Shown here: positions 6,737 to 10,481 of the stretch, one piece after another
Position numbering within the stretch: position 1 is the stretch's first letter
Layout: the number at the start of each line of letters is the position of its first letter
DNA from: Candidatus Thorarchaeota archaeon
GTDB lineage: Archaea > Asgardarchaeota > Thorarchaeia > Thorarchaeales > Thorarchaeaceae
Reading direction: 5' to 3'
Length of the DNA: 10,481 nucleotides
NCBI GenBank assembly: GCA_020348985.1
Contig: CP070761.1
Location: 244,862 to 255,342 of the forward strand
The notes under the pieces: model-generated
Seen by the model: the letters and a program-made list of their open reading frames with translations, nothing else
What the model was told of the DNA's origin: nothing
The model's database searches: none
Translations under genes and position numbers: made by a program

Positions 6737-7555
6737 TTACTTCTCCGCTACTCTGTCAAGCCACTCAGACACAAGTGCGTTGAACAGCTCAGTTTGTTCG
6801 AGCTGCAATGCATGACCAGTTCGATCCAGAACTGCGAAGGTTGCGCGAGGATATTTCTCCAGAATCTTCCACGTGTCTTGATAACCCACCCAATGATCTT
6901 GACGACCAACCAAGATGAGTGTGGGTGCGTCGAATGTGGTGGAACGCGAATCAACGTCGAAGCTGAACTCATCAACTGCGGGCTGTAGACGGTCGAGGAA
7001 CTTCATGTCTGCTAGCCTAACTCCAGGTGTGATGACTTTGGAATATTGGGTCCAATGGCTTCTTGTCTGGACCACAGCTACCTCCTCAAAGTCCTCACGC
7101 TCCTGGTCCCCGAGACTACTCAGCAGCTCAGGATCGCTGACCAGTACGACTTTCTCTGGAAGTGTTCTGTCTTCGGAACGAGAGATGATTCTGGGAACGA
7201 TTAGCAAAAGCCCATCTACCTGCGCTGGTCTCTGGTGAATCAATCCGCGAGCCAAATACCCCCCATAGGACAAACCCACGACAGTGAAGCTCATGTCTGG
7301 AATCACTTCGTCGATGAACTCTACTAGCAACTGAAGCATGTCATCTGAGTTCTTGATCCATTCTTGGCCAGGGGTCTTGCCGTGGCCGGGCAAATCGAGG
7401 TAGATTCGCTTCCAACCATCTCTATGCTCGAAGATTGGTTCCATACAGCCAAGCATTGATCTGTGGTCCAATGTGAACCCATGTAAGCTGATGATTGGCC
7501 TGCCTGTTCCACACATCTCATAGTAGACATCGGAGTCTCGTATTCGACACTTCAC
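6737..7555 (-). CDS. Alpha/beta fold hydrolase (~272 aa)
   Basis: LHGF oxyanion motif, DLPGHGKT, nucleophile elbow GLSYGG, acid GRQD and His in TGHAL. The GTG at 7555 (VKCRIRD...) has AGGAGG 9 nt upstream and is preferred over the ORF-track start at 7624. Confidence 0.93.
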   Translation of the reverse strand: MKCRIRDSDVYYEMCGTGRPIISLHGFTLDHRSMLGCMEPIFEHRDGWKRIYLDLPGHGKTPGQEWIKNSDDMLQLLVEFIDEVIPDMSFTVVGLSYGGYLARGLIHQRPAQVDGLLLIVPRIISRSEDRTLPEKVVLVSDPELLSSLGDQEREDFEEVAVVQTRSHWTQYSKVITPGVRLADMKFLDRLQPAVDEFSFDVDSRSTTFDAPTLILVGRQDHWVGYQDTWKILEKYPRATFAVLDRTGHALQLEQTELFNALVSEWLDRVAEK

Positions 7556-7564
7556 TGGTTGGCC

Positions 7565-7570
7565 CCTCCT
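7565..7570 (-). promoter_or_regulatory. Shine-Dalgarno site for the alpha/beta hydrolase
   Basis: The minus strand reads AGGAGG, 9 nt before GTG 7555. Confidence 0.65.
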
Positions 7571-7689
7571 TTCAAGCTCAGTTTGGCATGGGCTTTTACT
7601 CTTCCTCTCGGAGCAGGAGGCCAAGACTGATTCCTACGTTCTAATCTCCTCTCCAAGAGCGAATGCGCAAAACCAATGATTGCAAATCG

Positions 7690-7697
7690 TTAATACA
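7690..7697 (+). promoter_or_regulatory. Candidate archaeal TATA box for the M6 protease gene
   Basis: TTAATACA lies about 65 nt upstream of ATG 7762. A similar TTAATAAA (6673-6680, minus strand) precedes the Ntn-hydrolase. Confidence 0.35.
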
Positions 7698-7743
7698 GTT
7701 CGTTATTCTGGTTGCACCACTCGCTTGGGTCTCTTCGTGAGAA

Positions 7744-7750
7744 AGGAGGA
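7744..7750 (+). promoter_or_regulatory. Shine-Dalgarno site for the M6 protease gene
   Basis: AGGAGGA, 11 nt before ATG 7762. Confidence 0.6.
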
Positions 7751-7761
7751 CTGTTCCCCTG

Positions 7762-10481
7762 ATGCCGCGGCTGTCTCTGTATGTGGCAATATTCGTTGCA
7801 CTAGCACTGGCCATGCAGCCCGCATTAGTACCTGTAGTTCCAGTCGTTGAACTCGAAATGAAAAACCAACTGTCTGACACGAACAACTCGGGACCTCGCG
7901 AATTTGCAGTTGCTCCAATGAGCCCCGAAATTGCCTATAGTGGAGATCCTGGTGGTGGTTATTTCCCTGAGGCTCAGAAGGCCCCTACGGGGCCGCAAAC
8001 CCTAATCGTGATACTGGTGTACTTCAGTGATCTATCTAATACCGAGAGCAAATCCACGATTAGCTCGATTATCTTTGAGAACGTCAGTGACTACTATGAG
8101 GAGATTTCGTATGGTCAGTCAGCGATAACCGGAGCAGTCACCGATTGGTTCAATCTTGGTGCGGCAAAGGCATACTATGGGGCCGACGGAGACACATCTG
8201 GAGTCATAGATGACACGGACGATGATGGTGACAATGACAGTTGGCAATTAGTGGACGATGCACTTGCCGCCGCAGATCCGTATGTTGACTTCTCTTCTTA
8301 TGGTCACATCATGGTGGTCCATGCAGGCAATGGGCAAGAGAGCTCAGGCGTTTCTGACGACATATGGTCGGTGCGCTGGTCGTGGCCAGGTCATTTCCGG
8401 ACGAACGAGAAGACATTCGACTCCTGCTCCATAGTTCCCGAATACCAAGGTGGAGACGTTAACCGATCAATAGGAGTCATTGCTCACGAGTTCGGGCACG
8501 ATATAGGCCTCCCCGATTTGTACCATTACGGGGGTGCCGGCGGTGATGACTTGGTTGGCATATGGGGGCTAATGGCATCAGGCAGCTGGGGCGGCTCGCC
8601 ATCAGGAACCATCCCGACTCATATGACTGCGTACTCAAAGCTTATGCTTGACTGGTACGCAGACAATGAAATCTATGACCTTACTTCTGGGTCTTACGAG
8701 GCTACTCTCACTTCAAGTTACAATCAGACATCCGGCTTACGAGTCATAAGATACAATGTGTCCGAGGAGTACTACTACCTCGTTGAGTCGCGTTATCAGA
8801 TGGGCTTTGATTCCGGTATCCCGGAAAGCGGCGTTCTGATTACAAGAGTTGACACGACCAAAGGAAGCGGTCAGGGTATCGTCCAAGTACGCACCGATTC
8901 GATCTACAGCCTTTCATTGGCTACTTGGACTCCTGGACAGGAGTTTGTAGACGAGGTCTCTGGTTTTGCAGTGGAGGTCTTGTCACAAGAAGGCACATCA
9001 TTTAGAGTAAGAGTGACAACCGACCCTTTGGATGGATGGTTATACGAATTCGCCTTGAGCGGAAATGACCAGAGTGACTATCAAAGCCCCGTTATGGCGA
9101 CGAACCGCCTCGGTACTCTATATTGTGTCTACGTTGTTTGGGACTCTAGCTCTAGTCAGTATGCCATACATGTCAAGACAAGTGTAGACGGAGGCTACTC
9201 CTGGTCGAAGGCATTTGACTTCAGTTCATCATCACTCTCGTACATCAATCCATCAATTGTCATAGACCCTTATGATGACACCATCTACATTGCGTTCGAA
9301 AGCACTGATGGAAACTCGCATAGTGTGAACCTTGCTCGTTACTACTCAGATCATACCCAGTGGTCGATATCAACTGTAGCCTCCAACGCCAGAGATCCTA
9401 GTATTGAAATTGATTACGTATATGGGTCTGACAATTGGCTAATGATTGCGTATGAATCATGGGCTCGAGGAGAAAGCAGTACAATCAGGCTGGATAGGAG
9501 CACTAACCACGGAACGTCCTGGATCAATCGCAACTCACTAAGCATCGATACATTCAACCTGCAGCCTGAAATCGTTGGTTCGTATGGTTTCGATGGCTAC
9601 CAGAGGTGGCACCTTGTCTTTGTTGGAGGAAACACTCTATCAAACATAACCAAGATTGTTACTTGTAGGTCCAGTGACTACTTTGGCACGTACAATGGAT
9701 GGTTTCAAACTTTCCCAACGACCATCACTCACCCCTCTGTGACTGCGGTAAGAGGGACTCCAGAGGTCTACTATGCGTGGACAGTGAATAGCTACGAGGT
9801 GACGCCATCCTATCAACATGACATCTACATTTGGTATAGCAGAGATCACGGAGAATCCCTCTCTTCAAACACAACCCTTGTGAATACCAATGATGATGAG
9901 AAGTACCCGAGATTGGCCACAGACAATCAAGACTATGCCCGTTACGAAAAGGGAACAGTGTATCTCACATATTTCAACGGCGACAGTGTCTGTGTACGTA
10001 GAATATACTATGACCGGCCCAATGTTATTGGTGAAGAGGAGGTGCTCTGCAAAACTGCACATGACACGCCCGGCGGTATAGGGATAACAACACACTACAT
10101 TGGCAGTGTTGCGGGACGGTTTTACGCCGTTGTCTCATGGCTGAACAGCACTTCCGACCATGAAGTAGTCTGTTCAGTTCCTGGATACTACAAGGAGTTT
10201 GGTGCATCGTCACCCGGATACGCAATAATAGTCAATGGACAGGATTACACATGTCCCATTACACTTGGCCTGATGTTCGGCTTCACTTACGACATTGAAG
10301 TAGGATCTTATCAATCAGTTAGCAGCGAAGAGCGACTGAGGTTCGACAGTTGGGAAGCCCTTCCTGACGGTACAAGTGTTGGGACACAGAACTTCACGGT
10401 CTCTGTCAACAGGTTTGACACGGGCTACGATTTGATGTCGACTACTGAGTACTATCTCACCGTGACATCAACCTATGGCGT
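7762..10481 (+). CDS. Large secreted M6-family (immune inhibitor A-like) zinc metalloprotease with Asp-box beta-propeller region; 3'-truncated, >906 aa
   Basis: Not in the ORF track. I translated frame +1 by hand and found no stop from 7762 to the end. Signal peptide MPRLSLYVAIFVALALAMQPA. M6 motifs LIVILVYFSD, VSDYYEEISYGQ, VVHAGNGQE...DIWS, IGVIAHEFGHDIGLPDLY (HEFGH at 8485-8499), GIWGLMASGSW, P..MTAYSKLMLDW and EYYYLVESR...GFDSGIPESGVLI. Asp-box-like SVDGGYSW, STNHGTSW and SRDHGESL follow. Confidence 0.93.
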   Translation, partial: MPRLSLYVAIFVALALAMQPALVPVVPVVELEMKNQLSDTNNSGPREFAVAPMSPEIAYSGDPGGGYFPEAQKAPTGPQTLIVILVYFSDLSNTESKSTISSIIFENVSDYYEEISYGQSAITGAVTDWFNLGAAKAYYGADGDTSGVIDDTDDDGDNDSWQLVDDALAAADPYVDFSSYGHIMVVHAGNGQESSGVSDDIWSVRWSWPGHFRTNEKTFDSCSIVPEYQGGDVNRSIGVIAHEFGHDIGLPDLYHYGGAGGDDLVGIWGLMASGSWGGSPSGTIPTHMTAYSKLMLDWYADNEIYDLTSGSYEATLTSSYNQTSGLRVIRYNVSEEYYYLVESRYQMGFDSGIPESGVLITRVDTTKGSGQGIVQVRTDSIYSLSLATWTPGQEFVDEVSGFAVEVLSQEGTSFRVRVTTDPLDGWLYEFALSGNDQSDYQSPVMATNRLGTLYCVYVVWDSSSSQYAIHVKTSVDGGYSWSKAFDFSSSSLSYINPSIVIDPYDDTIYIAFESTDGNSHSVNLARYYSDHTQWSISTVASNARDPSIEIDYVYGSDNWLMIAYESWARGESSTIRLDRSTNHGTSWINRNSLSIDTFNLQPEIVGSYGFDGYQRWHLVFVGGNTLSNITKIVTCRSSDYFGTYNGWFQTFPTTITHPSVTAVRGTPEVYYAWTVNSYEVTPSYQHDIYIWYSRDHGESLSSNTTLVNTNDDEKYPRLATDNQDYARYEKGTVYLTYFNGDSVCVRRIYYDRPNVIGEEEVLCKTAHDTPGGIGITTHYIGSVAGRFYAVVSWLNSTSDHEVVCSVPGYYKEFGASSPGYAIIVNGQDYTCPITLGLMFGFTYDIEVGSYQSVSSEERLRFDSWEALPDGTSVGTQNFTVSVNRFDTGYDLMSTTEYYLTVTSTYG

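Noticed and set aside
6712-7677. IS/MITE defined by inverted ATTGGTTT(T)GCG ends around the alpha/beta hydrolase
   Set aside because: There is no transposase, the repeats are short and imperfect, and I found no convincing target-site duplication. It is kept only as a motif observation.
7641-10225. Short ORFs 7641-7886, 7703-7918, 9640-9849, 9865-10095, 9890-10081 and 10025-10225
   Set aside because: All overlap the long frame +1 M6 protease, which explains the region.

Overview
This looks like an archaeal chromosomal window. The gene families suggest an Asgard/Thorarchaeia-like host, which is inference only. The left half has a 5'-truncated Lrp/AsnC-type regulator and four minus-strand genes: a GrpB-family protein, a 4-TM membrane protein, a class I PLP aminotransferase and a DUF2284 Cys-rich protein. 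An intact tRNA-His(GUG) lies at 4137-4211. Its 3' 34 bp are repeated exactly 1,435 bp downstream (5614-5647). The two copies bracket one gene, a secreted membrane-anchored NosD-like beta-helix protein, with no integrase, so this appears to be a one-gene tRNA-integrated islet. Downstream are a membrane-anchored Cys-nucleophile Ntn-hydrolase, an alpha/beta hydrolase, and a >906-aa secreted M6-type metalloprotease with Asp-box repeats that the ORF track missed because it runs off the window end. The minimal islet, and the possibility that the tRNA is collecting surface/hydrolase gene cassettes, is the most interesting signal.
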